Notes: a model not told the origin generated them from the sequence alone. 64,000 nt of DNA from a virus (IMGVR_UViG_3300032242_002636:43455-107454); one strand, 5' to 3'; shown: positions 18,484 through 28,512, numbered from the stretch's first letter. A program made the numbers and translations.

Positions 18484-19204
18484 CTATTCTATCATGACAG
18501 AATAATCCATCACCTGTTATTACATTAAAATCTTGATTACTCCACCAAGATGTTGCTGCTGTTTCTATGTCTGTATTATCAATACAGAATTGAGGAATGA
18601 TATGCTTCTTATAAAAGTCCCTTCTAAAGATACAGGGATTGTTTGTAAAGTTAGCATTGGCTGATTTGAATTTATACCATATAGGAGATTCACTTATCTT
18701 CTTACAGTATTCAGGAAAATCTAAATCGGGTGTATCTCTCCAGTGTGTACATTCTGCCAAATGAGTCATGCATCTGTGTTCTTGACCAGTAAACCAAGAT
18801 GAATACAAAGGATTACCGGGATTTTTTCTATGTCTGAGTCTTGCAACATCCGCTATTTCATTGTTTATTAATTCTGTTCCTGTTTTTAAAATATCTATTA
18901 CTTTCTGTTTATCTTTTTCTATGAGAAAAAAATCATCTTCCAATAAAAGAATATTATTAGATATACAATTTTCTACAAGCCATTTAAAACCAGCGGCTAT
19001 CCATTTATTACTATCTGCTACATAAGTTTCTACATTAAAATCCTTGAGAACATCAACAGTCTCTTTTACTAAAGAAGAAGGATTAACATATACACTAATC
19101 TGTTTGAATTCTTCATTAATACCCTTTTCAAAAATACTGTTTAATGTATTTCTAAGAGTATTTGGAGCATTATAAGTTAAAATTCCTAAAGTTAAATCAT
19201 TCAT
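18473..19204 (-). CDS. GT-A glycosyltransferase-like protein
   Basis: LGILTYN; ILLLEDDF; FTNNPCIFR; C-terminal H-D. Confidence 0.75.
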   Translation of the reverse strand: MNDLTLGILTYNAPNTLRNTLNSIFEKGINEEFKQISVYVNPSSLVKETVDVLKDFNVETYVADSNKWIAAGFKWLVENCISNNILLLEDDFFLIEKDKQKVIDILKTGTELINNEIADVARLRHRKNPGNPLYSSWFTGQEHRCMTHLAECTHWRDTPDLDFPEYCKKISESPIWYKFKSANANFTNNPCIFRRDFYKKHIIPQFCIDNTDIETAATSWWSNQDFNVITGDGLFCHDRIDGK

Positions 19205-20460
19205 AGAGGTGTTGTAGTGATATCGTCATTATAGATATATGTATGAATGACTTTATCTATATGATACTCTGTTTTAGCCTCTTTTGCAAGTTGTTCTGCC
19301 CAAAACCAATCTTCTGAATAGTTCTTATCACTAAAAGTATATTTTTTTCCTAATTCAGATTTCCATGCACATACATGGAAAGGAACTCTGTTAATATATC
19401 CATCGGGATAATACTCTTCATTAATTTTATTGTTAAGAGAAAAGTTTATAACCGATACTGGTTTGTCATTTACATAGCAATATTGTTTGAACGTAACAAC
19501 ATCAGGATTATGTTTTATTCCTTCTAGGAGTGAATCTACATAATCATCAGATATATCATCATCATCATCTACGAATGCCATGTATCTTCCGTTAGCCATC
19601 TGAACCAATGTTTCTCTTTTGGCTCCTATACTTCTCTTCCTATTATCAAGGAAAACAAGATGCTCTACTTTTTTATCTCCTATTTGGTTTTTTATCTTCT
19701 CTATCAGTTTTTTAAGATGGGAATCTACTCTTTCGTAAACAGAAGGTGTTAATATAGAAAGCAAAGGTTTATTCAAATCAAGATCAAATTTTCTTTCTTT
19801 TCTTTTCTCGTAGGTTTCTCTGTCTATGTTAAAATAAGATTCGTTTCTAATATATAACTCATCATAATTTGTCTTTTGATAGACAGGATGTTGATGTTCA
19901 ATGATGACTTTATCAGAACGATAAACCTTTTTAAGCTGAATGGAAACATCGGTGAATTCGTTGTCACACCAGAGACTGATATAATCTGGATGGTAGATAT
20001 AACCAAAGTGGTCATAGTATTTTTTACCTAAAATACAAAGAGTATTGATATTGTTCTGTCCACCATCGCTATACCAGAGAACTCCATCGGTATCTCTAAA
20101 GTATTCATTCATATCCTTTCGGATAATGTCATCATATCCTTTTATTACAGGAATCATGTCATCGGATGCTAGTAAAACTATATCCCAACCATTAATTTTT
20201 TCCATATCAGCATTAATGGCTTGCATCTTTGTTTTACTATTACCAAAGAAGTATGCAATCTTATATTTCTCTTTGTATGAATCTAATCTACTTCTAATAA
20301 TAAGATTGTTCATACTAGAATCATCATCATCCAATGAAATCAGAAAGGCTATCTTCGATGGATCGGTAGCCATTTCAATATATCTATTCAATACATTAAA
20401 AAACTTTTCTGGTCTTCCTCTAGTTGGAAACTTAATTAATATTTTTAAATTCTTATGCAT
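19201..20460 (-). CDS. two-domain glycosyltransferase (GT-A + GT2)
   Basis: N-domain FPTRGRP, LASDDMIP, LWCDNEF, EHQHP; C-domain LSILTP, SIGAKR, AFVDDDD, SEDWFW. Confidence 0.85.
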   Translation of the reverse strand: MHKNLKILIKFPTRGRPEKFFNVLNRYIEMATDPSKIAFLISLDDDDSSMNNLIIRSRLDSYKEKYKIAYFFGNSKTKMQAINADMEKINGWDIVLLASDDMIPVIKGYDDIIRKDMNEYFRDTDGVLWYSDGGQNNINTLCILGKKYYDHFGYIYHPDYISLWCDNEFTDVSIQLKKVYRSDKVIIEHQHPVYQKTNYDELYIRNESYFNIDRETYEKRKERKFDLDLNKPLLSILTPSVYERVDSHLKKLIEKIKNQIGDKKVEHLVFLDNRKRSIGAKRETLVQMANGRYMAFVDDDDDISDDYVDSLLEGIKHNPDVVTFKQYCYVNDKPVSVINFSLNNKINEEYYPDGYINRVPFHVCAWKSELGKKYTFSDKNYSEDWFWAEQLAKEAKTEYHIDKVIHTYIYNDDITTTPL

Positions 20461-20463
20461 ATT

Positions 20464-21006
20464 TTAACCTCCTGATGGATAGTAGTAGTAAATTGGTCCT
20501 TTAATATAGACTTCTGTTTTTAATTTTCCTTTGAGTGCTTCAGAAAAAGCTTTATCTTCTTGCCAAGATTTGTCTGGAAACATTGTATCAAGTGCTATTT
20601 CTCTTTTGATAGGATTTAAATGATTAGGACAACGATAATAAATGTCATCATTTTCAAACCAATCTTGATATTGAATGGAATGTATGAACTTTTTAGGTCC
20701 AATATTCCTTAAAGTTATAATACCTTCTATACCACAACAATCAGGATTTGACTTGAGGGCTTCCAGAATTCCAAAGGTATAGAAAGGGGAAACCATATCG
20801 TCATCATCAACGAATACTACATAGTCTCCCTTTGCTGCTTGTAAGAGTTCGTTTCTTTTTTGACCAATAGATTTTGATCCATTATCACTATTAGCAAGCA
20901 TTTCTACTTCACCATTAGACTGTGCTCTGAGTACTCTTGCTAAATTTTGAAATACATCTTTTCTACTGTCTACTGTAACTGTTAATATAGATAATTTTTT
21001 ACTCAT
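20464..21006 (-). CDS. GT2-family glycosyltransferase
   Basis: LSILT; SIGQKRNEL; AKGDYVVFVDDDD; QED. Confidence 0.85.
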   Translation of the reverse strand: MSKKLSILTVTVDSRKDVFQNLARVLRAQSNGEVEMLANSDNGSKSIGQKRNELLQAAKGDYVVFVDDDDMVSPFYTFGILEALKSNPDCCGIEGIITLRNIGPKKFIHSIQYQDWFENDDIYYRCPNHLNPIKREIALDTMFPDKSWQEDKAFSEALKGKLKTEVYIKGPIYYYYPSGG

Positions 21007-22007
21007 TTTAAAAATACATTCTCAAAGGTTTTTATGACTTTATCTGGTGTATATGCTCTGTAGGCATTATAATCAAAATCATCTACTATTTTATAGTCGA
21101 GTAGCAATTTTTCTAGGTCTTTTTGATTATTATATAATACTCCTTTATCTCCAAGCATCTCTATATGAGCCTTTTCACGAGAACCAGACCATGTAAGAAC
21201 AGGTTTATTACAAGAAGAGAACTCTGCGATTGCCATTCCAAAAGTTTCTCCTCTTTCACGAGCATGTATCATGGCATTACAGGCTCCTATAAAGCTATAT
21301 TTCTCCTTTAAATCTATTATAGGAGAGAAATAAATAACATTTGGATGTTTAAAGAAACCTTTTGTATTACAAAATATAAAATAGATATTTGGTTCTTTAT
21401 TAACTGTATTTTTGATGGCTTCATGTACAAAATCTATGTTGAATTCATTGAAGCTTCCTATTCTACCAAATACCTTTGCATCTAATGGAATGTTATGCCT
21501 CTCTCTAAATTTATTCCCTAACTCATTAATATCAAATGTATTTTCCCTAACTATATGAGGAACAAAAGGAACACTTCCATTTGAACAGTGAGTGGACAAC
21601 CATTGAGAAACAAACGCATATTTGTCTCCATGCACATGATTTGGATGTTGTGGAAAAACTGCATGAATAATATTTGTTGCCTTTTCAGAAAGATATCCTT
21701 CTGGTTCACCTGATTTTATTTGATAAACATAATCTATTTTGTTTTCTATAATATAATCTTCTAAATCTTTTATATGGGTTCCCAACTTGGTAGGAAATCG
21801 GATTTGAACAGAATTAAAAGCATCATCTACAGCTTTTTTAAAAATATCTTGAGACCAATGAGGTTCAAAGGAAGAATCAATCTTTTTATGAAAAGCCAAG
21901 AATGATTTATTACCTAGATACTTCTCATTTGCAAAGGCATAGTCTAGTAAAGCTCTGGTAGAACCTGCTACTGTAAACAATCCCTCATAGAAAAGAATAT
22001 TAGCCAT
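21003..22007 (-). CDS. GT-B (GT4-like) glycosyltransferase
   Basis: GSTRALLDYA; FRERHNIP; VFGRIG; HARERGETFGMAIAEF (ExFGxxxxE motif). Confidence 0.88.
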   Translation of the reverse strand: MANILFYEGLFTVAGSTRALLDYAFANEKYLGNKSFLAFHKKIDSSFEPHWSQDIFKKAVDDAFNSVQIRFPTKLGTHIKDLEDYIIENKIDYVYQIKSGEPEGYLSEKATNIIHAVFPQHPNHVHGDKYAFVSQWLSTHCSNGSVPFVPHIVRENTFDINELGNKFRERHNIPLDAKVFGRIGSFNEFNIDFVHEAIKNTVNKEPNIYFIFCNTKGFFKHPNVIYFSPIIDLKEKYSFIGACNAMIHARERGETFGMAIAEFSSCNKPVLTWSGSREKAHIEMLGDKGVLYNNQKDLEKLLLDYKIVDDFDYNAYRAYTPDKVIKTFENVFLK

Positions 22008-22010
22008 AAA

Positions 22011-23492
22011 TTAAAAAATTACTGAAATGTATTTCACTCCATCTTTAACTTCCTCTGAAAAACTTTCTATCATTTCCAAGCAATTTGATAGACCATCTTT
22101 CTTGTGATAGTTTTTACCTAGTTTTCCATTGACAAATGCCCTGAATCTATCACCATTCTTTAGGTGTAGATTGTTTTCTACCTGATTTGTCAATCTATGT
22201 TGGTGGGGAACACTATAAAAACGTCCATATGGGCTTTTATAGGGCTTTAAAGACTCTTTCTCACACCTTGCATAGAGGTCATCATCTTCTTTTCCCCAAC
22301 CATTGAACTCATTACTATATCCATTTACCTGTTTGTAATGTTCATTGGTGAATAAAACAACTCCACCCATGATTTTATCAGGGATATTAATATAATTAAA
22401 CTGACTGCAATGACTACTCATGTGAGTAGGTAAGGCTGGATAGCTATAATCAGCAAATTCTGGCAAAAGATCGACATCATGAAAACAAATATAATCAGAA
22501 TCCTTAGCAGAAGCAGCAAATCCCACATTATTAAGCAATCCTTTGTTGAAAGGTTTGTCATTTTGTTGTTCAACTACAATTATCTCAAAGTTTTCTACCT
22601 GCTTTGATACATATTCTTTTAATTTAGGTAATAAAAGTCTACGAGCAGTCTCTCTATTTCTATATGGAATAATAATTGAGAGTTTTTTTCCTTTATTGAC
22701 TAGTTTTTTCCTGCTATAGTTTGTTTGAAGGTGTATTAAACACTCATGCAACTGTTGAGCAGTAGGTTCTGGTACATCTATTGTAAAATGTCCCCACTTT
22801 TTGATAAAGTACTCGGTAGATTTTGCTACATTTTTTTTATACATAGGTTTATTGGTAATAGATGAGTTGTCATTACTACCTTCTATGTCTGTTAGATACT
22901 TTTCACTGTCTAAAATATCAGGAAAGAACCAAAAACAAGGTGCTACTCCCTTTCTAGTAAGGTTATAAGCGAAATCTACATGCTCAAAGGCATTCATGTA
23001 CTGTTCATCAAAGTATCCTAGCTTTTTAACAAGACTAGCATTGATATACATGAAGGCTCCTTGTGGATTATGGTAAAATCCTATCTTAACACCATCAGGT
23101 TGTTCTAATACGAACTTTAAAGTCTGTTCATTACCAGCAATTTTTTCAAAACATAGGTGATGTATACCTGTGGACTGAGCAGCTTTTATATATTGTTGAA
23201 ATATACTGGTATCTTTGATTAGAATATCATCTTCAATCAAGAAGATATGCTCCACATCACGCTTTATAAGCTCAAATATAGCCTTGTTTTTTGATTTGGA
23301 TACACCCAACTGCTTGTCATTGTGGATAACAACATCGCCATCTTCACTTTTTGCATAGTGATCGGTTCCATCATTTACAATAACAAGCTCATCTATCTCA
23401 TTTCTTGGGATAGATGCTAAACATTTCTTATAATACTCAAAACGATTGTAGGTTGTTATTCCTACTCCTATTTTACCGTATGTCTTTTCCAT
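22011..23492 (-). CDS. bifunctional glycosyltransferase: GT2 domain + GT7 (beta-1,4-galactosyltransferase-like) domain
   Basis: N: GITTYNR, VNDG, FLIEDDI. C: IIIPYRNR, VVEQ, FNKGLLNNVGF, FHDVDLLP, GGV, VNGYSNEFNGWGKEDDD. Confidence 0.9.
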   Translation of the reverse strand: MEKTYGKIGVGITTYNRFEYYKKCLASIPRNEIDELVIVNDGTDHYAKSEDGDVVIHNDKQLGVSKSKNKAIFELIKRDVEHIFLIEDDILIKDTSIFQQYIKAAQSTGIHHLCFEKIAGNEQTLKFVLEQPDGVKIGFYHNPQGAFMYINASLVKKLGYFDEQYMNAFEHVDFAYNLTRKGVAPCFWFFPDILDSEKYLTDIEGSNDNSSITNKPMYKKNVAKSTEYFIKKWGHFTIDVPEPTAQQLHECLIHLQTNYSRKKLVNKGKKLSIIIPYRNRETARRLLLPKLKEYVSKQVENFEIIVVEQQNDKPFNKGLLNNVGFAASAKDSDYICFHDVDLLPEFADYSYPALPTHMSSHCSQFNYINIPDKIMGGVVLFTNEHYKQVNGYSNEFNGWGKEDDDLYARCEKESLKPYKSPYGRFYSVPHQHRLTNQVENNLHLKNGDRFRAFVNGKLGKNYHKKDGLSNCLEMIESFSEEVKDGVKYISVIF

Positions 23493-24310
23493 ATTTCTTT
23501 TAGATTCTTTAATACTTCTTCTTCAGTATGATTGGTTTCGGTTGGACCTCTACCATAAATTACTCCAAACTTATTCTTATCAACAAATCTGTCATGATTT
23601 TTGAAAAAATTATCCATGAAATCCTTTTCAGATCTTATTTTACTTTGTTGATGATCAGGAACTACGTCTTTTACACACTCATTAGCACCTTCTACATCAG
23701 CAAACCATCTAAAAGGTGGATGATAACCAGCTTTGATGATCTGATATGTATGGTCAACATGCTCTAATGCATTATAAAACTGTTCATCCATCAATCCAAC
23801 TTCATTTAATGTATCTATATGATAGTAACTGAGTGCTCCTAATACATTAGGATAAAGAATAATCTTTGTTTCATCTGGATAATTAATTATTTTTCTATGA
23901 ACAGGATATCCATTACCATCTGTGTTATGATTTCCATGTAAACCAAAGTTAAAATGCTTTATACCAGTAGATTTGTATGCATTTATGTATAGATTGAATA
24001 CGTTTTTATCCAATATTTCTATATCATCTTCTACTAGGAAGATATGCTCACATCTACATTCAATCAAATACTTTAAGGCTTTGTTTTTAGCTACAGCAAC
24101 TCCTTCTTTTCCTTTTGTCTTTATGTAATGAGTATTACCATCTTCTGTAAAGTCTATTAAATCTCTTACATTTGACTCTGATCCATCATCAACAACCACA
24201 AAGCTTGCATCATAGTTATATTCAAGAGACTTATAACTCTTTTTAAAGAATTCTGGTCTATCGCAGGTGATTAAACCTATACCTATCTTACTTGGTAATG
24301 GGTTTTGCAT
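23468..24310 (-). CDS. GT2-family glycosyltransferase
   Basis: IGLITCDR; VVDDGS; GVAVAKN; FLVEDDI; VGLMDEQF; EHVD. Confidence 0.88.
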   Translation of the reverse strand: MQNPLPSKIGIGLITCDRPEFFKKSYKSLEYNYDASFVVVDDGSESNVRDLIDFTEDGNTHYIKTKGKEGVAVAKNKALKYLIECRCEHIFLVEDDIEILDKNVFNLYINAYKSTGIKHFNFGLHGNHNTDGNGYPVHRKIINYPDETKIILYPNVLGALSYYHIDTLNEVGLMDEQFYNALEHVDHTYQIIKAGYHPPFRWFADVEGANECVKDVVPDHQQSKIRSEKDFMDNFFKNHDRFVDKNKFGVIYGRGPTETNHTEEEVLKNLKEIWKRHTVK

Positions 24311-25049
24311 AATTTTTCTGTAAAGTCTCTAAGAAGGAAAGTAATTGCTCCTGTGTAATGCCAGCAGGATCGTTCTGACCGGGGATATACTTGTGATTGT
24401 GTACAAAATATCCATAGGAAAGACCTACACTACGATGCATATCAGGGAAATCTTTGAATCCGATCTTTTTAATTGGATGATATGACTTCTTCATACCTTC
24501 ACCAATGGTGGGATGATAGTGACTAGGAGGATATACTCCTTTCTTTCTGAGCTTTAGGACATAATCCATCACATCCAAGTCCTTTGTGTTGAAATATCTT
24601 TCATCAAAGTAACCGTTATTGGTTACAATACTAGAAAGGATGAACATGAATTCGCTATTAAGCTCTGGAGAAGCATGTAAAGTGACTCCACTCTCTTCAT
24701 CTTCCAGAGGTAAACTGTTTTTACCATCTCCCATGACAACCCAAGTACCAAAGACTTCTCCTAGTCTTATGGTATTCTCAAATATCTTTGGATCATCTAC
24801 TATTTGATTTGAATGTAACAAGAAAAGATATTTGTATTCATTCAGTCTCATCTGTGACAAGAGCCAATTCCTAAGAGTAGCCATAGGAACATCACCATAC
24901 TTCCTATAGTTTTCATTTACCATAATGTTATTCGTAGCAGAAGCAACAAAAACATTATGTTTTAACTCTTCTGGTATAGAAGCATAACAAACCTCAAGGT
25001 CTTCCTGTTCGTATATATCAATAATTCCTATTCCTATTTTGTCGTTCAT
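24288..25049 (-). CDS. degenerate GT-A-like protein (paralog of the two adjacent GT2s)
   Basis: KIGIGII, LRNWLL, GYFDERY and KKGVYPP align by eye with the neighbours, but the DxD position reads LHSNQ. Confidence 0.55.
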   Translation of the reverse strand: MNDKIGIGIIDIYEQEDLEVCYASIPEELKHNVFVASATNNIMVNENYRKYGDVPMATLRNWLLSQMRLNEYKYLFLLHSNQIVDDPKIFENTIRLGEVFGTWVVMGDGKNSLPLEDEESGVTLHASPELNSEFMFILSSIVTNNGYFDERYFNTKDLDVMDYVLKLRKKGVYPPSHYHPTIGEGMKKSYHPIKKIGFKDFPDMHRSVGLSYGYFVHNHKYIPGQNDPAGITQEQLLSFLETLQKNYAKPITK

Positions 25050-26101
25050 AATGTTAATTCTTTATATGTGTTGGTTAGATACTCTATCACATCTTCTTTA
25101 TGCTGAACGTCTATTGAGTTCACAAAATCTTCGATGTTTTTTTCAATATCTATTAAATTATAATCCACCTTTGAAGAATTTTCAATTAAATCTGTGTTAA
25201 TTGATTTATAATCAATTCTAAAAAACTTGGGAGCAAGGTTTTGTAGTTTGGCGGTTAATAAAGTTATCTTATCATTGGTTATCTCTTCGTCTACGATAAA
25301 AGATACCATGTTGTTAGGCACATTCTCCTTTAAAAAATCAGCATCTTGCTTCTTATTTCTCAAATGACTCAGGTAAACCTTTATATGTTTAGGAGATATT
25401 TTATTTTCTATGAATTCTAACTTCTCTGATTCTATATCCAGTATATAAACACCTCTTACCTGATCAACATCACCAAAATTCTGTTGATAAGGACTTCCTA
25501 CATAAACAATCTTTCCGTTTTTATATGATCTCTCATCTTTGCTGTGAAAGTGTCCAGAGATAATAAAAGATGACTTCTTTAAAAGGTTAGAAGATTCTAT
25601 ACCATGATCACAGACTTTAAAACTGTTCATATAGAAAGTCTGGATCTCAAAATGACCAAAACAAATATCTGCTTTTGGTATATCATCAATCTCCGTTCCC
25701 CAAGGAATAAGAGATATGGTCTTTTCACCTGCCTGTATGAGTAAAGGAGCCTTATCTACTACAACAATATTCTTCCATCCACCAAAAAGAGAAATGGAAT
25801 TTACATCAGAACGATCTTTGTAATAACAATCGTGATTACCAGCTGATATAAAAATCCTAAAGTCCTTTAAGATGTCAAAGAACTCATTAGCAGTAGCAAG
25901 AGTGTTTACGGATATTTCACTTCTGTTATGAAAGATATCACCGGGTATGATGATATCGTTGATACCAGCTTTGGTATAGGTTTTAGAAACCCACTTAGCA
26001 AAATTCAATACGATATCATGCCAAGTAGAACTATCCTGACCTAATCCTATGTGAATATCAGAAAAAACTCCTATCTTTTTACTTTTTATAACACAACTCA
26101 T
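25046..26101 (-). CDS. 47: recombination endonuclease nuclease subunit (gp47/SbcD/Mre11)
   Basis: SDIHIG; GDIFH; GNHD; GHFEI; SGHFH; YVGSPYQQNFGD. Confidence 0.96.
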   Translation of the reverse strand: MSCVIKSKKIGVFSDIHIGLGQDSSTWHDIVLNFAKWVSKTYTKAGINDIIIPGDIFHNRSEISVNTLATANEFFDILKDFRIFISAGNHDCYYKDRSDVNSISLFGGWKNIVVVDKAPLLIQAGEKTISLIPWGTEIDDIPKADICFGHFEIQTFYMNSFKVCDHGIESSNLLKKSSFIISGHFHSKDERSYKNGKIVYVGSPYQQNFGDVDQVRGVYILDIESEKLEFIENKISPKHIKVYLSHLRNKKQDADFLKENVPNNMVSFIVDEEITNDKITLLTAKLQNLAPKFFRIDYKSINTDLIENSSKVDYNLIDIEKNIEDFVNSIDVQHKEDVIEYLTNTYKELTL

Positions 26102-26727
26102 TCGTCTTTCTTATACATCTTAGTTCTGTTATTTTTCATCATGTTGTTATAATTTTCAGAAAACATCATGTATTCATTCTGATACTTCTCATGTGTTTCA
26201 TGAATATGCTTTTCCTTTTTAATTCTATTTCTGAAAGCATTAAATGCAATTCTAGTGAAATATGAAAAAGGATTAGTTCCTTTGGTATGATTATATTTCT
26301 TGGACATCAATGCTTTAAACATTCTAATGATTCCATCACCCACCATCTCTTCACGATATGAATAATTAATAAAATTAGGGGCATAACTTAGTTTATGAGC
26401 AATCTTGCTTACCATCTCTGCTAATTCATTAGAAAGAATGCCTGATTCATAATATTTCATAATCTGAGTATCAAACTCTTTAGGATCTACATAGAATTTG
26501 GTTTTATCAGCTTTCTTGCCTCTCTTTGGTTTTTCATTAACAACAACTTCTTCAATTACTTCCTCTTCAATTAGGTCTTCATCAACCTCTTCTATAAGCT
26601 GCTCTTCAGGCTCTTCCATTTCTATGTCATCTAAACATAGTGCTTCAGCCTCTTCTTGGGAGTACTCAATTTTATCTTCGTTAAGAAGTGCCTTCTTATT
26701 ACGATATTTCTTTTTCTGTGTAGTCAT
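26098..26727 (-). CDS. 55: late transcription sigma factor (gp55-like)
   Basis: YVDPKEF; LSYAPNFINYSYREEMVGDG; NPFSYFTRIAFNAFRNRIKKEK. Confidence 0.92.
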   Translation of the reverse strand: MTTQKKKYRNKKALLNEDKIEYSQEEAEALCLDDIEMEEPEEQLIEEVDEDLIEEEVIEEVVVNEKPKRGKKADKTKFYVDPKEFDTQIMKYYESGILSNELAEMVSKIAHKLSYAPNFINYSYREEMVGDGIIRMFKALMSKKYNHTKGTNPFSYFTRIAFNAFRNRIKKEKHIHETHEKYQNEYMMFSENYNNMMKNNRTKMYKKDE

Positions 26728-28114
26728 AATTTTCTAAATTGTATAATTTCTTGCGTTCATTTAAATGGAGTATACCATACTTTGTATTATCTGCAATATC
26801 AAATATATTAGCCATTGATTTAGTAGGATGTAAACGTAATGCTCTTCCTATTGATTGCATTATTTTAATCTTAGCTTTTCCAGCAGATGCAAATATAATA
26901 TTATGTAAATTGGGAATGTTAATACCTGTGCTGAATATTTTTGATATTGCTATTACGATAACATCATTTCTATCATTCATAAATGATCTTATCTTTTCTC
27001 TATCTTCAATATCAGTAGATCCTCTTATGAAATATATAGGTCTTTTATTATCACAAGTCTTTGTTAAAATTTTTTCTACTATTTCTCCATGAGCAATACG
27101 ATCAACCATTATTAAACTATTATTAGTTAATTTATTTGCTAGATTACAAATAATTTGATTTCTCCTTTCGTTATTGATTAAGAAATCTAATTCATTCTCA
27201 TAAGCAGAACTAGGAGTTCCAACAATTGCGGTGCTTGGTTTTGTTTGATGTTTAACTTTGAGAACTATTACTTTAAAGTTTGAAATATATGACTGATCTT
27301 TTAAAGTTTCAGTTTTCTGTTCAAAGGTTATTGGACCTAATTTACCAATTATATTCCATTGATCTATTTTAGAAGTTGGCATGGTTCCAGTAAATCCAAA
27401 CTTATGAGGAGTTTGTACAAATTTTAAAACTTTGTTTATTTCATTACCTCGTTTAAGTGAATGACACTCATCTACTAATAATATTTTTACATCAGCTAAT
27501 ATAGAAAGATCAGTCTTCTCACTCATTAACATTTGAGTACCTGCTACTATGATTTTAGCAGAATGATCTAATTTGTTATTACCAGACCATTTTGCTACAT
27601 CTTTTAGACCATAAGAGATAAAATCATTAGCAGTCTGCTCTACAAGCTGAATCGATGGAACGGTTACAAGAACCAAAGCATCAGGATCGTTTAAATTTTG
27701 TCTTATGCTTTCAATTAATCCTGCACAGATAAGAGTTTTACCACCTGCCGTAGGAATTATGGTGATTCCTCTGCCTTGTTGAATTGCGGCTATGATAGAT
27801 TTCTCCTGATAATCTCTAAAAGGAAGATTCAATGTCTTCACATTAGGTTCATTAAAACCACAGGAGAATTCTCTTATCAATTCCTTTGAAACATTATATG
27901 TATAATGAGAATTTTCTATAAAACAAATAATATCACCTGTCATTCCTACTTCAAACTTTCCTCTAGGTGTTATTGAATATAAACGACTAGGAATATAAGG
28001 AACATTTTTCCTGTAAGCAGGATTTGCTATAGAAAAATGCTCTCTAATAAGATTTAGAGTATCCGAATCAGCTGTTACCTGACCTTGTGTTTTTGTTAAA
28101 GACAGTTCTATCAT
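26699..28114 (-). CDS. uvsW: SF2 DNA helicase UvsW
   Basis: RDYQ; PTAGGKT; DECH; GFTGT; FSTGINIPNLHNIIFA; QSIGRALR; adjacent to uvsY. Confidence 0.93.
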   Translation of the reverse strand: MIELSLTKTQGQVTADSDTLNLIREHFSIANPAYRKNVPYIPSRLYSITPRGKFEVGMTGDIICFIENSHYTYNVSKELIREFSCGFNEPNVKTLNLPFRDYQEKSIIAAIQQGRGITIIPTAGGKTLICAGLIESIRQNLNDPDALVLVTVPSIQLVEQTANDFISYGLKDVAKWSGNNKLDHSAKIIVAGTQMLMSEKTDLSILADVKILLVDECHSLKRGNEINKVLKFVQTPHKFGFTGTMPTSKIDQWNIIGKLGPITFEQKTETLKDQSYISNFKVIVLKVKHQTKPSTAIVGTPSSAYENELDFLINNERRNQIICNLANKLTNNSLIMVDRIAHGEIVEKILTKTCDNKRPIYFIRGSTDIEDREKIRSFMNDRNDVIVIAISKIFSTGINIPNLHNIIFASAGKAKIKIMQSIGRALRLHPTKSMANIFDIADNTKYGILHLNERKKLYNLENYDYTEKEIS

Positions 28115-28512
28115 TATGTAGTTTCTAATTTATTAATTTCTACGATATTTTTCATATCATAGGTCATGCTTCTGAAGATAGTCTCTATTTTTTCAAAATA
28201 CTCTATCAAGACTTCGGTATCTTGTATTTCTTCTTCTATCTTTAACATTTCTTCAGAACCATCTATCTTTTTATCCAAAGCAGACTTAGGAATTCCTGTT
28301 GGTAATCCTTTTTTTTCTAAAGTTTCCAATACTCCTGCTCTTAATGATTTCTTTTTTCTATTAAGAGAATTGAGTTTTCTTTTCTGATCCATCAACCTAG
28401 CAACCCACTTATGTTTAATTGCAGGAAGCATCATTTGCTTCTCTAATAAATTAATTTGGTCGATTTTTGTATCTTCCTGCAATTCTTCTTTGAATTCTTC
28501 TAAACAGACCAT
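28114..28512 (-). CDS. uvsY: recombination mediator UvsY
   Basis: 132 aa helical protein (EDTKID..NL, P.IKHKW, MTYDMKNIVE) coupled to uvsW. Confidence 0.75.
   Translation of the reverse strand: MVCLEEFKEELQEDTKIDQINLLEKQMMLPAIKHKWVARLMDQKRKLNSLNRKKKSLRAGVLETLEKKGLPTGIPKSALDKKIDGSEEMLKIEEEIQDTEVLIEYFEKIETIFRSMTYDMKNIVEINKLETT

Noticed and set aside
16848-25049. Host LPS/capsule locus or chimeric bacterial contig
   Set aside because: The first GT overlaps phage gene 47, the array shares the flanking phage gene packing and Pro-Gly recoding, and it lacks wzx/wzy/transport and sugar-synthesis genes.
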